From NCBI GenBank assembly GCA_012295275.1, contig CM022677.1, forward strand, positions 27,962,001 to 28,026,000: a stretch of 64,000 bases of DNA, written 5' to 3'. The notes under the pieces are model-generated. The model searched no databases, was not told where the DNA came from, and saw only the letters and a list, made by a program, of their open reading frames with translations. The position numbers and the translations under genes are program-made. Positions 1 through 27,092 of the stretch are shown here, piece after piece. Numbering within the stretch: position 1 is the first letter of the stretch; each line of letters opens with the position of its first letter. The stretch is from Chrysomallon squamiferum (taxonomy: Eukaryota; Animalia; Mollusca).

Positions 1-360
1 CAAACACAGACCAAAAATTAATGATAATTTAATTTAATTTCACTTTGATAAACACTGTTTGTGTCATGTTGAACTTTTTTTATTTTCATTTTTTTTTTTT
101 TCAGGTCTACTTTTTTCTGTTATCTCCAAGAGTTTCTTTTTTATTTTGTACACTGGTTTGACTTACACAATGTGCTCCCTCAGTTAGCAGTTGAATTTAA
201 CGGAAATATCTTCCTTATCCTACATGAGCTATACAAAGAACTAGTTCTCTATTTATTTCATTAAACTATAACAAGCAAAGATGAGAACATACATCACAGT
301 ACTGTGTGGGATAGGAATTTGTTAACTTAATGGAATTTTCTGTTTATTTGTATAACACAG

Positions 361-584
361 ATGACTGTGGTACACCAACAGCTGTGGACGACGGTGTGTT
401 TTCTTTGACATCATCTACACCAGGTAGCACTGCGACGTTCAGCTGTAAAGACTTGTATCACTTCTTTGGTCCTAGCAGTGAAGTAACTTGTCAGCAGACT
501 GGGCAATGGTCGACACTTGATGGAGAGTGTAAACAGGTGGAATGGCTGAACCAGGTAACTAGGCAACACTTTCTAAAATGTTAG
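361..584 (+). CDS. Gene A: Sushi/CCP exon of a long-type (Sushi-galectin) paralog; 5' exons outside the window, galectin exons not found (truncated, or ends by read-through)
   Basis: Acceptor ...ataacacag|ATGAC at 361, donor CCAG|gtaact after 554 (194 nt, phase 1->0); read-through reaches a stop at 582-584. DCGTP...C...C...W...C is a Sushi pattern. 181-680 is an inverted copy of gene B ~6600-7095. No galectin-like exons seen on + between 555 and 1819. Confidence 0.7.
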
Positions 585-1090
585 TTTAGGACGGATTCGA
601 ATATTATCATAGCAACATTTTATTCCTATTTTTCATTCGCTGTTTTTATTTATTTATGTATTTATTTATGTATTTATTTATTTATCCGTTCGTTGATCTA
701 TTTTTTATTGCTTCTTTTCTTGGATAAAGCATCATCAGAAAAAATCTACTCACAGTCTAGATAGACGATATTAAAGTAAAAACTGTGCAGTAATTGTTAA
801 ATGTACAAGTAAAGACTGCATTGCTGTTCTTAAGACTATACTTTTGCTGTCAACTATATAGTTGTATGCATATATGTATGCATATATCAATGTATATAAA
901 TATGTATATATATGTCTAGAGAGAGAGATAGATAGATGCACATAGTTACTAAAACATGTATTATCACAGAATTGTACCATCTATCCTTAGCATGTTTTGC
1001 TTTCTTCTTCATCTCTTATCTCACGTATTACAACCTAGCGGTACATTCTTTGAAAACTGTTGAAAGCTGATTTTCAAATACTTTACAACG

Positions 1091-1325
1091 TCATTACATA
1101 TCTCTTAGATGAGTAGATAGGTTAGTAGGCAGCTAACAAGGTCTGTAGCTAAAGAGACACACAGATGATCAGGCTAACAAATATGTTTGAAATATTTAAC
1201 ACAGACACAATCATTACATATCTTTTAGATGAGTAGATAGGTTAGTAGGCAGCTAACAAGGTCTGTAGTTAAAGAGACAGACAGATAATTAGGCTAACAA
1301 ATATGTTTGAAATAACAGACACAAG
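1091..1325. repeat. Two-copy ~120-bp direct repeat
   Basis: tcattacatatctYttagatgagtagataggttagtaggcagctaacaaggtctgtag... starts at 1091 and again at 1211. Confidence 0.85.
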
Positions 1326-1818
1326 ACAGCTATATTTATTGAATTTCTTTAATATGTACAGTCTTTATGCTCTTTATGTATTAAAGTACGTATATCTGTT
1401 TGTGTATGCATGTATGTGTGTAGGATAGAACGTGGATACAAAGATACATACGTAACAACGTAGGCTGGTGCTGTAACTAGTCACTACTACTAAATCACAT
1501 ATAACTATTTAAACAGTCTGCAAATAATGAACCATAATCTGTATATATGTGTATGTATGTATTCATATATTTACTGCATCTATGTTTATATTTATATATC
1601 TGTTTTTATCTATATTTATATTTATATATCTGTATACGTGGTGAGTTTCTCTGTGTCTGTGTATGTGTATATGTATGAAGATTATGCCTAATCAAATAGG
1701 TCAAATAATTGTGCAACTATAAAGCTGTGTGTGTGTGTGTGTCAATAAATAATGAAAAATAAATGTCCTCATATAGTTCTACGTGTATAATCTACACGTG
1801 TTTAAAAGTTTGACTGTT

Positions 1819-9044
<7,226 letters not shown>

Positions 9045-10153
9045 CTTGAAGAAAAGTATTGTGACTATAGAGCAAGCACTTCACTTATTTATACACAAAA
9101 TAAATTCTTAATTAATATAAAATAAATTATGAACAGTTTGAGTTTTGTCAGTCAGTTTGGTTATTAACACGTGTTGTTGTTGTAAAATTAGTTTGAAGAC
9201 AGCAATCACACAGAAAATAAAAACAGTTTGACTTCAATCATTTACATCAACAGGTAAAACGCTGGGACACGAGCTCAAGTCCACAGTCTTCAAATTAAAA
9301 ACAGTTTGAGTTGTGTTAATTTCATATTTACTGTTATACCCACACAACACGTGTCTATAATTGTCTGCAGTCAGGGCTGCAAGAGGTAAACTCTGGGACA
9401 CGAGTTGAACACATCAGTCTTCAACCTGAAAACAGTTTGACTTCTCTTAATTTCATATTTACTGTTATATCTACACAACACGTGTGTAATTGTGTGCAGT
9501 CAAAGCTGAATCAAGAACGAAAACAACAACAGTTAATATTTTAATTTTATTATTCTAATACGAAACTACAATTGTTGCTGTTTCTACTACTTCTACCAGT
9601 ACAATTATGCTACTAATCATGTTCTAACATTACCAGTAGAAAAATATATATTATATATATCTTTAGTAGATGAAATGGTTCTAGTAGGAGTTGTTGTAGT
9701 AGCAAAAGCAACATTAGTAAAACTAATTCGTAGTATAAGAATACGAATTCCACCAGTAGCAGTTGTGCTGGAAGTAGTTTCAGTTGCTGTATTTGTTCTC
9801 ATATACTAATAGTTGTATAATTAATTATGATATAGTTGTACTAATTCGAATAGTATTGATAGTAATACTGATAACTCTGGTATAATAGTAATTCCACCAG
9901 TAGCAACAGTTAATCAGAATGTCACGTGCAGTTTTGATATACTAGTAGATATGAAATGACAGGAAGTCAAACTGTTTTTATTTTCTGTGTGATTGCTGTC
10001 TTCAAACTAATTTTACAACAACAACACGTGTTAATAACCAAACTGACTGACAGAAGTCAAACTGTTCATAATTTATTTTATATTAATTAAGAATTTATTT
10101 TGTGTATAAATAAGTGAACTGCTTGCTCTATAGTCACAATACTTTTCTTCAAG
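9045..10153. promoter_or_regulatory. Head-to-head promoter region of genes B and C: two inverted copies of the family promoter cassette
   Basis: 9961-10153 (+) and 9045-9235 (-) are near-identical: GAAGTCAAACTGTT x2, CACGTG E-box, TATAAATA at 10105 (49 nt before the ATG at 10154). Confidence 0.75.
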
Positions 10154-11904
<1,751 letters not shown>

Positions 11905-12343
11905 GATTTCGAGGTCTTCACTTCCAGTGAGTCTCTCGAATCATTGGACTCTGTCTGCATAGAACACAATGTATCTAGTCAACTAGTAAAACACGATATC
12001 AGTAAACATATACTTCTCAGTCAGAAAGTCACATAATTATAAATAAACATTGATATATATATATATATATTTAAACATAGGAAGAAGTATAGTTTTCCTA
12101 TTGCACATATACCTTTATATATCCATACAAATACATACGTACATATAGATATAGAAACAGTATATTTAAACTGAAATAAAAATTATATAAATAGTGTTGT
12201 TCTTCTTTGTTTAATATCTACAGCAGCTACGTATGTGTTAGCTTAACTACCAATCTGCATTCCTACTACCAGATATATAACTACAAACTAACCAACATAC
12301 GTACCTATCGCCTTGCCTAAACACTCTTACACACAGACACACA

Positions 12344-12383
<40 letters not shown>

Positions 12384-13270
12384 ATACAGATATATAGACA
12401 CACATACATATTGATAGATAAACATATATGCATACATACATACAGATGATAATCAGAACAGAGGATTATGGTACAGAAAGTTACCTCCTGTTTTGTATCC
12501 TGACAAAAGCCGCCCTACCAGCTGAAATCTCTGAGACTGATCAAAGAGGAGATGTTTATCTGCTTTATCTGGACAGATTCACAAATGAGTACGTCTGTCC
12601 AGTGCGTGGTTTGTTCAACTGTTTGTAGTCACGTGCTGGACCCAGGTTCTTACTTGTAACAGTGGTTAAAACATTAACCAGATACAAGGTTAAATCTCTG
12701 ATGTTTGTTACAGTTTATGAAGGTAGAAGTTTAGTGTTAAAGTCATATAGCTTAACACGAGGTGCAGCAACAGAATTAAACAGAGGCTGGTGGTGCTGGG
12801 TGCCTGCAGTGGGTATATTCCGCTTCTATAGGATATTTAATTTATTTCATATCTAATCAGTTAAACTGCTGATTGTAGGGAAGCATGAAGTGTGGAGAAC
12901 TGGAAGTTCAGTGTTTGACTGGGCAGGAATCCAGGCACACTGAGGGTCAAGTCGAGGCTTCCTAGGTTTCCAGCAGGCAGGCAGGTGGTATGGAATGGTG
13001 ACACTGGAATGCAGATTTATTTCAGAATATCAGCCCATACAAGGCTCAGAAAAGAGTGAATAATGCAATTAAATCATTTGTCCTTGAAGAGAACAACTGT
13101 CATTCCGCAGTAGCAGCTGGAGATCTGGAGCTGTTCAGGAGACTGAATGGACGCACTTGTGAAACACGGGGCTATAGAAGTGTAGACTCGCGATGGGGGA
13201 AAGATATATAAAACAAATTTCAGTATAAATGAGACAACTGCTTCGTGTAGTAACAATAGTTTTGCTCGAA

Positions 13271-13390
13271 ATGAAGCAAATTTTCATTTCATTATTGCTG
13301 TAGAGACATTTATTTCCAAACGTGAGAAATGAACAGACACAAATCCAAACGTAAACAGACAGCACCAAGAACAAATCGCTTAAATGAGGC
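13271..13390 (+). pseudogene. Degenerate copy of family exon 1
   Basis: ATGAAGCAAATTTTCATTTCATTATTGCTGTAG: early stop; preceded by tataaat; same element at 27093. Confidence 0.5.
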
Positions 13391-14259
13391 AATCAAAGCC
13401 TGCTGAGTGGAAAGTGATTTTCTGGTCAATCGCTGGGACACGAGACGAATTCAAAGTTTTTAAAAACAGTCTGCGCTGAGTTCAGCTGCTCCTTACAGTC
13501 ACGTGTCGACAGCACGTGTCTATAAATATCTGCAGTCAGAGCTGAATCAAGAACGAAATCAACAACAGGTAATATTTTAATTTTGTTATTCTAATACGAA
13601 ACCACAATTATTGCTGGTTCTTCTACATGTGTTTGTTTTTTCTAATGGAAAACTATAACTAGTATTATTATAGATGGTTCTTCTACAGGTTTTTGTTTTT
13701 CTAATGGAAAACTATCACTAGTATTATTATTGCTGGTTCTACTACAGGTGTTTGTTTTTCTAATGTAAAACTATCACTAGTATTATTATTGCTGGTTCTA
13801 CTACTGGTGTTTGTTTTTTCTAATGGAAAACTATAACTAGTATTATTATTGCTGGTTCTACTACTTCTGTTTCTAGCATTACCACTTGATACATTTGCGT
13901 TACAGTTATATTTAATAGACGTAATGACTGTAGCAGCAGCAATGTTAGTAAAAACAAAGTCGTAGAACAGTAATTCCACGAGTAGTAGTAGTAGTTGTAG
14001 TTGTTGTTATTGTTGTTGTTGTTGTAGCAACTCGGCTTTAGTCGTAGTGTAAATGTACGAAATGAGAAGAAGTTAAACTGTTTTTAGTTTCTGTGTGATT
14101 GCTGTCTTCAAACTAATTTTACAACAACAACACGTGTTAATAACCAAACTGACTGACAGAAGTCAAACTGTTCATAATTTATTTTATATTAATTAAGAAT
14201 TTATTTTGTGTATAAATAAGTGAAGTGCTTGCTCTATAGTCACAACACTTTTCTTCAAG

Positions 14260-14357
14260 ATGAAGCTGATTTGCTTTTTAGTCTTCACTGTATCCGTTTT
14301 CTTCCAGCTCTCAGAAACTTGGGAATATCACAAAGATGACAAGAAATGTCTGTACAG
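14260..14357 (+). pseudogene. Orphan intact exon 1 (signal peptide) with promoter; downstream exons missing
   Basis: MKLICFLVFTVSVFFQLSETWEYHKDDKKCLY with donor gtcaga. The intron matches gene G intron 1 only up to ...gaaacaaagactc (~14534), then switches to gene D's 3' flank. Confidence 0.75.
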
Positions 14358-14542
14358 GTCAGAACGATTCATTTTTATCATTATGTGCACGATGTGTTCT
14401 GTTTTAAGAATAAATGTGAACAATAAAAGAAAAGTTTGTACAGGTTAATATACTACGACTTTCTTATTAGAGATTTGCTGAACTTTAACATCCAGTGACT
14501 GTTACAGTGTTTGTGCAGCTGAAACAAAGACTCTAACACGTA

Positions 14543-14850
14543 CATTCCTAGATGTGCCTAGCTCGCCTGCTTCCCCAATTAACAGCCTCTTCAGCAACAT
14601 TCCTAGATGTGTCTAACTCTTCTGCTTCCCCAATTAACAGCCTCTTCAGCAACATTCCTAGATGTGTCTAACTCTTCTGCTTCCCCAATTAACAGCCTCT
14701 TCAGCAACATTCCTAGATGTGTCTAACTCTTCTGCTTCCCCAATTAACAGCCTCTTCAGCAACATTCCTAGATGTGCCTAACTCTCCTACTGCCACAATT
14801 AACAGCCTCGTCAGCAACATTCCTAGATGTGCCTAACTCTCCTGCTGCCA
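14543..14850. repeat. 55-bp tandem repeat (~5.5 copies)
   Basis: Unit aacagcctcttcagcaacattcctagatgtgtctaactcttctgcttccccaatt. Confidence 0.92.
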
Positions 14851-15561
14851 CACAGATCGTGTTTACCTGTTTAAACTTTACCCTGACCTGACCCCGCGGC
14901 AGATATCTTGACCCAGATGTTGTGAATGGCGCAGGAAGACGAAGTTCAGTCATAACCTCAAAAAAAAGTCAGACGTCGCTGACGTTACTCAAAAGTTTGA
15001 CCAAAAATCTTTAGTATGTCTGCAGGCATGTATATATGTATAAAATATATATGTATGTGTGCATCTATATATATATATATATATTATATATGTGTATGTT
15101 TCTATATATGTATAGACAGATAGGTAGGTGTGTTGGTTAGTTTGCAGTTACATATGAGCAATGCAGACTGGTAGTTAAGCTAATACATATATAGCTGTTT
15201 CAGATAGTAAACAAAGAAGAAGAATACAATTTATACAATCTTTATTTCAGTTTAAATATACTGTTTATATATGTATATGTCTATATGTACGTATATATGC
15301 ATACACATATATAAATGCAAATGTGCATATGTGTGCAATAGTAACAATATACTTGTTCCTCTGTTTAAATATATATATATATATATTTGTGTGTGTGCGT
15401 GTGTGCGTGTGTGTGTCAATGTTTATTTATAATTATGTGCGTTTCTGATTGAGAAGTATATGTTTACTGTTATCGTGTTTTACTAGTTGACTAGATACAT
15501 TATGTTCTGTGGAGACAGAGTCCAATGATTCGAGACACTCACTGGAAGTGAAAACCAGGAT

Positions 15562-16599
<1,038 letters not shown>

Positions 16600-17929
16600 C
16601 TTGAAGAAAAGTATTGTGACTATACAACAAGCACTTGGCTGATTTATACACAAAATAAATTCTTAATTAATATAAAATAAATTATGAACAGTTTGATTTC
16701 TGTCAGTCAGTTTGGTTATTAACACGTGTTGTTGTTGTAAAATTAGTTTGAAGACATCAATCACACAGAAAATAAAAACAGTTTGACTTCCTCTCATTTC
16801 GTATCTACTGGTATATCAAAACTACACGTGTCATTTTGATTAAATGTTGTTAATTCTGTTAGAAAGAGAAAAATTAAAATCATTAACAACCACAGAAACA
16901 ACAACAACAACTGCTGCTATTAGTGGAGGAATTACAACGTTTAGTATGAAGATTATTTTTGCTAATGCTGCAACTACTACTACTACTTCAACTAATCATA
17001 TTTTACTGTTGTTAGTAACACTATATTTATTTATTTATTTATTTATTTATTGATTTATATTACTTATTAATATCTATCTGTCTATGAACTTACATACATT
17101 GTATACAAAAATACAAATTAAACACATACAAGTACTAGGGGTCATTAGAAGTAATGAGACTGGTAGAAATAGTAGAAGTAATAGTAAGAGTAAGAGCCTC
17201 GTCAGCAACATTCGTAGGTGCGTCTAAGTCGCCTTCTGCCCCACAGATCGAGTTTACCTGTTCAAACTTTACACTAACCTGACCCCGCGGCAGATATCTT
17301 GACCACACCCAGATGTTGTAAATGGCGCAGGAAGACGAAGTTCAGTCACACCCTAAAACAAGGTCAGACGTCGCTGACGTTACTCGAACGTTTGACCATA
17401 CATTTTTAGTACGTCTGCTGGCATGTATGTATGTATCTGTTTATATTATATGTGTGTATGTTTCTATAGATATATAGATAGACAGATAGGTAGGTGTGTT
17501 GGTTAGTTTGCAGTTACATATCTGGTAGATAGCAATGCAGACTGGTAATTAAGCTAATACATATATAGCTGCTTCAGATAGTAAACAAAGAAGAAGAATA
17601 CAATTTATATAATCTTTATTTCAGTTTAAATATACTGTTTATATATGTATATGTCTATATGTACGTATATAGATTATGCATATATAAAGGTATATGTGCA
17701 TATGTGTGCAATAGTAAGAATATACTTGTTCCTATGTTTAAATATCTATGTTTATATATATATGTGTCAATGTTTATTTATAATTATGTGCGTTTCGTAT
17801 TGAGAAGTATATGTTTACTGATATCGTGTTTCAGTACACAAGTTTTACTAGTTGACTAGATACACTATGTTCTGTGCAGACGTAGTCCAATGATTCGAGA
17901 CACTCATTGGAAGTGAAGACTTCGATCTC

Positions 17930-19618
<1,689 letters not shown>

Positions 19619-20516
19619 CTTGAAGAAAAGTGTTGTGTCTATAGAACAAGCACTTGGCTTATTTATACAGAAATCTGTTCTTGGTTAATATAAAATAAAT
19701 TATGAACAGTTTGACTTCTGTCAGTCAGTTTGGTTATTAACACTTGTTGTTGTTGTAAAATTAGTTTGAAGACAGCAATCACACAGAAATAAATTAAAAA
19801 CAGTTTGACTTCCTCTCATTCCGTATCTAGTGGTATATGAAAAATTCTACGTCATTAAAACTGTTGATTTGTGTATAAGAAATTATTATGGGATAGTTTA
19901 GTGATGAAGTCTGCAGATTGATTTACTGGTAGATCGCTGGACACGAGTTGAACTCTGCAATGTTTAAATTAAACACAGTTTGATATGTGGTCATTTGCTA
20001 CTTACAATTATATCCACACAACACGTGTCTGTAATTATCTGCAGTCAAGGCTGAAACACTAGCAAAATGAACAACAACAGCAGTGTACATTGTAAATAAG
20101 TTTCTAGTACTGCTACTACAACTACTACAACACCTACAATCGTTATTACTACTATTTCTACGTTTACCAATGCTTCGAGTACTACAACTGTCACAACGTG
20201 ACTATTCTTATTTTTGTTCAGACTGCTACTATCATCACAGCAACTACTCTGCATTTCTCAAAGTAGCTGGTGTTCTTGTTATTCTATCTAACAACAATTA
20301 ATGAAAATGTCACGTGTAGTTTTGATATATCTGTAGATAAAGAATGATGGAAGTCAAACTGTTTTTAATTAGTTTTCTGTGTGATTGCAATCTTCAAACT
20401 AATTTTACAACGAATACACATGTTCATATCCAAATTATGTGTCAGAAATCAAATTATTTTTAATTTACATTAATTAAGAATTGATTTTCTGTATAAATAA
20501 CCTAATTTTAATCAAC

Positions 20517-20642
20517 ATGAAGCTAGTTTTCATTTCAGCCTCGCTGTCACCGTTTCCATTCAAACGTGAGATACACACACACACAGTTCCAAACATACAC
20601 ACACACACAGTTCCAAACATAAACACACAACAGCAAGAGCAG
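20517..20642 (+). pseudogene. Degenerate exon-1 copy with diverged promoter cassette, head-to-head with gene E
   Basis: gaagtcaaactgtt (20350)...tataaataa...ATGAAGCTAGTTTTCATTTCAGCC; frameshifted and CA-repeat invaded; residual cag|gtatt donor. Confidence 0.55.
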
Positions 20643-20969
20643 GTATTTTAACTTCAGCCATCATTGAGTGCAGATTGACTTACAGGTAGATCGAGAACAG
20701 TTCAACTGAGCAGTGTGCAAAGTAAAACAGTTTGAGTTCTGTTAATTTGATATTCTCAACAAAATATACACTGTATACATTATCTGTAGTCAAGCTTGAA
20801 ACAAAAGTAAAATCAACAGCAAGAACGACAGTTAATTTAGTAAAGGTGGTTTCTAGTACTACTATTACTACAGTTACTACCACAACAACTATTACTACAG
20901 TTAATACCACTACATCTATTACTACAATTACTACCACTACACCCATTAGTACTGTTCCTACCACTACTA

Positions 20970-22255
20970 CTTTTACTTCTAATGATGTTTCTAGTACTAG
21001 TACTGTGACAACTAAACTACTGTTATTTTTATTCAGACTGCTACTACTACTACTTCTACTTCTAATGATGCTTCTAGTACTAGTACTGTGACAACTAAAC
21101 TGCTGTTATTTTTATTCAGACTGCTACTACTACTACTTCTACTTCTAATGATGTTTCTAGTACTAGTACTGTGACAACTAAACTACTGTTATTTTTATTC
21201 AGACTGCTACTACTACTACTTCTACTTCTAATGATGCTTCTAGTACTTTTACTGTGACAACTAAACTACTGTTATTTTTATTCAGACTGCTACTACTACT
21301 ACTTCTACTTCTAATGATGTTTCTAGTACTAGTACTGTGACAACTAAACTACTGTTATTTTTATTCAGACTGCTACTACTACTACTTCTACTTCTAATGA
21401 TGTTTCTAGTACTAGTACTGTGACAACTAAACTGCTGTTATTTTTATTCAGACTACTACTACTACTTCTACTACTACTAAACTTGTTATTTTTATTCAGA
21501 CTCTAATGATGTTTCTAGTGATGTTTAGTACTGTGACAACTAAACTGCTGTTATTTTTATTCAGACTGCTACCACTACTACTTCTACTTCTAATGATGTT
21601 TCTAGTACTAGTACTGTTATTTTTATTCAGACAACTAAACTACTGTTACTTCTATTATGTGTTTTATTCAGACTGCTACTACTACTAATACTTCTACTTC
21701 TAATGATGTTTCTAGTACTAGTACTGTGACAACTAAACTGCTGTTATTTTTATTCAGACTGCTACTACTACTACTTCTACTTCTAATGATGTTTCTAGTA
21801 CTAGTACTGTGACAACTAAACTACTGTTATTTTTATTCAGACTGCTACTACTACTACTTCTACTTCTATTGATGTGTCTAGTACTAGTACTGTGACAACT
21901 AAACTGTTATTTTTATTGACTGTTATTTTTATTCAGACTGCTAAACTGCTGTTATTTTTATTACTACTACTTCTATTGATGTTTCTAGTACTAGTATTGT
22001 GAGAACTAAACTATGTTTCTACTGTGACAACTAAACTACTGTTATTTTTTATTCAGACTGCTACTACTACTACTACTACTTCTATTGATGTCTTCTAGTA
22101 CTAGTAAACTGTTATTTTTATTCAGACAACTAAACTGCTCTTATTTTTATTCAGACTGCTACTACTACTACTACTACTTCTAATGATGCTTCTAGTACTA
22201 GTACTGTCACAACTAAACTGCTGTTATTTTTATTCAGACTGCTACTACTACTACT
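20970..22255. repeat. 83-bp minisatellite (~15 copies, degenerate distally)
   Basis: Unit tctaatgatgtttctagtactagtactgtgacaactaaactactgttatttttattcagactgctactactactacttctact; starts at 20978, 21061, 21144, 21227. Confidence 0.93.
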
Positions 22256-23787
22256 GCGTCTACCACTTTTTCTAATAACTGTACGACAACAACTACTCAC
22301 ACTATCACTAGTAACATCTGTATTTACAAACAGCCTCATACCTCGCACAAAGTGAATTCAGAAACCGTTGCTTACGTGGTAAGAAAGAATCAGGTTAATT
22401 TCACAACAACAACACTAGCTTCACTTACAGATACGTGACATTCAGTGATGTAATTCCACAGACGTGCAACTTACCTCAGTCGAACACAATTTGTAGATTT
22501 TTTTGTTTTAAATATATTTCTATAAGATATTTCTGAAATGATAATCAAATGCTTTATACTGAATTACAAGAATACATCAATGCTAAACTTGTAAATGCAT
22601 TCATTGGTAAATTTCAGTGTAAAAATCTTTCAACATCGTTATTGCCAATACATCTTTCTGGAAAAATAAAAATAAATTCTAGTTTCTACGACATTAAACC
22701 TTTCAACTAGTGAATAAGAAATTATTATCAGATATTTGAGTGACCAACACATTTCACTGCTCGCTTCAAGACCCTCGTTGATTTAGAGGTCAAACGCTGG
22801 GACACGAGCTCAAGTCCACAGTCTTCAAATTAAAAACAGTTTGAGTTGTGTTAATTTCATATTTACTGTTACACCCACACAACACGTGTCTATAATTGTC
22901 TGCAGTCAGGGCTGCAAGAGGTAAACTCTGGGACACGAGTTGAACACATCAGTCTTCAACCTGAAAACAGTTTGACTTCTCTTAATTTCATATTTACTGT
23001 TATATCTACACAACACGTGTGTAATTATGTGTACTCAAGGCTGAAACAAAAGCGAAAACAACAACAGTTAATATTTTAATTTTATTATTCTAATACGAAA
23101 CTACAATTGTTTCTGTTTCTACTACTTCTACCAGTACCATTACTACTATTAATCATGTATTATATATATTATATATATCTTGAAATGGTTCTAGACGAGT
23201 TGTTGTAGTAGCAAAAGCAACATTAGTAAAACTAATTCGTAGTATAAGAAAACGAATTCCACAAGTAGCAGTTGTGCTGGAAGTATTTTTAGTTGCTGTA
23301 TTTGTTCTCATATACTAATTGTTGTATAATTAATTATGATATAGTTGTGCTAATTGCAATAGTATTAATAGTCATACTGATAACTCTGGTATAATAGTAA
23401 TTCCACCAGTAGCAGCATTAGTAACATTTACTGGTTTTGTGGTTGTTGTAACAGTGGTATTCATAGCTGTTGTTGTTGTAGTAGTGACAGTACACTACAT
23501 TAGTCGTAGTAGCTGTTGATTTGTTATTCTATTTGAATTAACAACAGTTAATCAAATTAACACGTGTATTCTTGGTATAATAGTAGATACTAAATGATTG
23601 AAGTCAAACTGTTTTTATTTTCTGTGTGATTGCTGTCTTCAAACTAATTCTACAACAACGACACGTGTCAATAACCTAACTGAATGACGGAACTCAAACA
23701 TAATTTATTTTGTATTCATTTAGAATTTCTCTTCTGTATAAATAAGCCAAGTAGTTTCTGCATTGTAACGATTTTTTTTCTGAAGTA

Positions 23788-24160
23788 TAAAGCTAATTTT
23801 CACTTCGTCATCGCTGCAACAGTTTCTTTGCAAACTTCGGAAATACACAGACACAACTGAAAACGTGATTACACTATACCAAGTCAGTTAAATGTAACAA
23901 ACAAACGTCAGAAATACACAGACACAACAGAAAACGTGATTACACTATACCAAGTCAGTTAAATGTTACAAACAAACGTCAGAAATAGACAGACACAACT
24001 GAAAACGTGATTACACGATACCAAGAGCAAGTCAGTTAAATAAATGAAATAACAAACTGAAAACGTACTAAGTCAGTTAAATTAACAAACAAACGTCAGA
24101 AATACACAGACACAACTGAAAACGTGATTACACGATACCAAGAGCAAGTCAGTTAAATGT
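23788..24160 (+). pseudogene. Degenerate exon-1 copy (ATG->ATA) whose 3' end is tandemly repeated 4-5 times
   Basis: Promoter cassette 23600-23787, then ATAAAGCTAATTTTCAC...; ~70-80-bp repeats of cagaaatacacagacacaactgaaaacgtgattacac...caagtcagttaa. Confidence 0.55.
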
Positions 24161-24947
24161 AATAATCAAACGGCTGCTGAGTGGAAACTGATTTATATTT
24201 CAATCGTCGGGAAACCAGTTGAACTCTGGACTCTGTAAATTAAAACGTGTGTGAGTTGTGTTCATTTGGTATTTACAGTTAAATCTAGGCAACACGTGTA
24301 TATAGTTAATTCTGGTCAATGTGGAATCAAGAACGAAATACCTGTTACTACTGCTTCTATTATAACAACACTACCACTAGTACCCGTATATATTTTGTTT
24401 TTATTTGTTTATAGCATGTATGTATTCATAGACAGATATGTAGTTAATAAGGAATATAAATGAATAAACAGTAGTAGCAGTTCCAGTACTGATAATAGTA
24501 GAAATCGTCATAAGGGTATAACTACGAACAGCAGTAATATTATGAACAGTAGAAGTAGTGGTAGTAGTAAAAACAGACGTCATAGTAAGAGAAGTATTTC
24601 CTCCATTAATCCTAGTAGTTGTTGTTGTTGTTGTTGTTGTGGTAGTACTGTATATTTGTCATTGTAATTTTAGTTTTTCTCTTTCTAATTGAATTAACAC
24701 TAATTAATCCGAATGACACGTGTAGTTTTGATATACCAGTAGATACGAAATGAGAGGATGTCAAACTGTTTTTATTTTCTGTGTGACTGCTGTCTTCAAA
24801 CTAATTTTACAACAACAACACGTGTTAATAACCAAACTGACTGACAGAAGTCAAACTGTTCATAATTTATTTTATATTAATTAAGAATTTATTTTGTGTA
24901 TAAATAAGTGAAGTGCTTGCTCTATAGTCACAATACTTTTCTTCAAG

Positions 24948-26134
<1,187 letters not shown>

Positions 26135-26613
26135 GAGATCTAGGTCTTCACTTTAAATGAGTCTCTCGAATCATTGGACTATGTCTGCACAGAACATATT
26201 GTATCTACTCAACTAGTAAAACTTCTGTACTGAAACACGATATCAGTAAACATATACTTCTCAATACGAAACACACATAATTATAAATAAACATTGATAT
26301 ATATATATTTATTTATTTATTTATTCAAACATAGGAACCAGTGTAGTTTTCCTATGGCACACATATGCACATATACCTTTATATATGCATACACATACAT
26401 ACGTACATATATATATATATATATAAACAGTGTATTTAAACTGAAATAAAGATTATATAAATAGTGTTGTTCTTCTGAGTTTAATATCTGAAACAGCTAC
26501 ATATGTATCAGCTTAACTACCAATCTGCATTCCTACTACCAGATATATAACTACAAACTAACCAACATACGTACCTATCTCCTTGCCTAAACACTCTTAC
26601 ACACAGACACACA

Positions 26614-26653
<40 letters not shown>

Positions 26654-27092
26654 ATACAGATATATAGACACATATACATATTGATAGATACATACATATA
26701 TGCATACGTACATACAGATGATAATCAGAACAGAGGATTGTGGTACAGAAAGTTACCTCCTATTTTGTATCCTGACAAAAGCCGCCCTACCAGCAGGCAG
26801 GCAGGTGGTATGGAATGGTGACACTGGAATGCAATTTATTTTAAATGAAATATCAGCCCATACAAGGCTCAGAAAAGAGTGAATAATGCAATTAAATCAT
26901 TTGTCCTTGAAGAGAACAACTGTCATTTCGCAGTAGCAGCTGGAGATCTGGAGCTGTTCAGGAGACTGGATGGATGCACGTGTCAAACACGGGGCTATAG
27001 AAGTGTAGACTCGCGATGGGGGAAAGATATATAAAACAAACTTCTGTATAAATGAGACAACTGCTTCGTGTAGTAACAATACTTTGCTCGAA

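Noticed and set aside
330-360. ORF-track start MEFSVYLYNT upstream of the Sushi domains
   Set aside because: This is the intron's polypyrimidine/acceptor region; the real exon begins after ...acacag
20732-21091. Thr-rich mucin-like ORF
   Set aside because: Derived from the (ACT)n low-complexity tract of the promoter-upstream block and the 83-bp minisatellite
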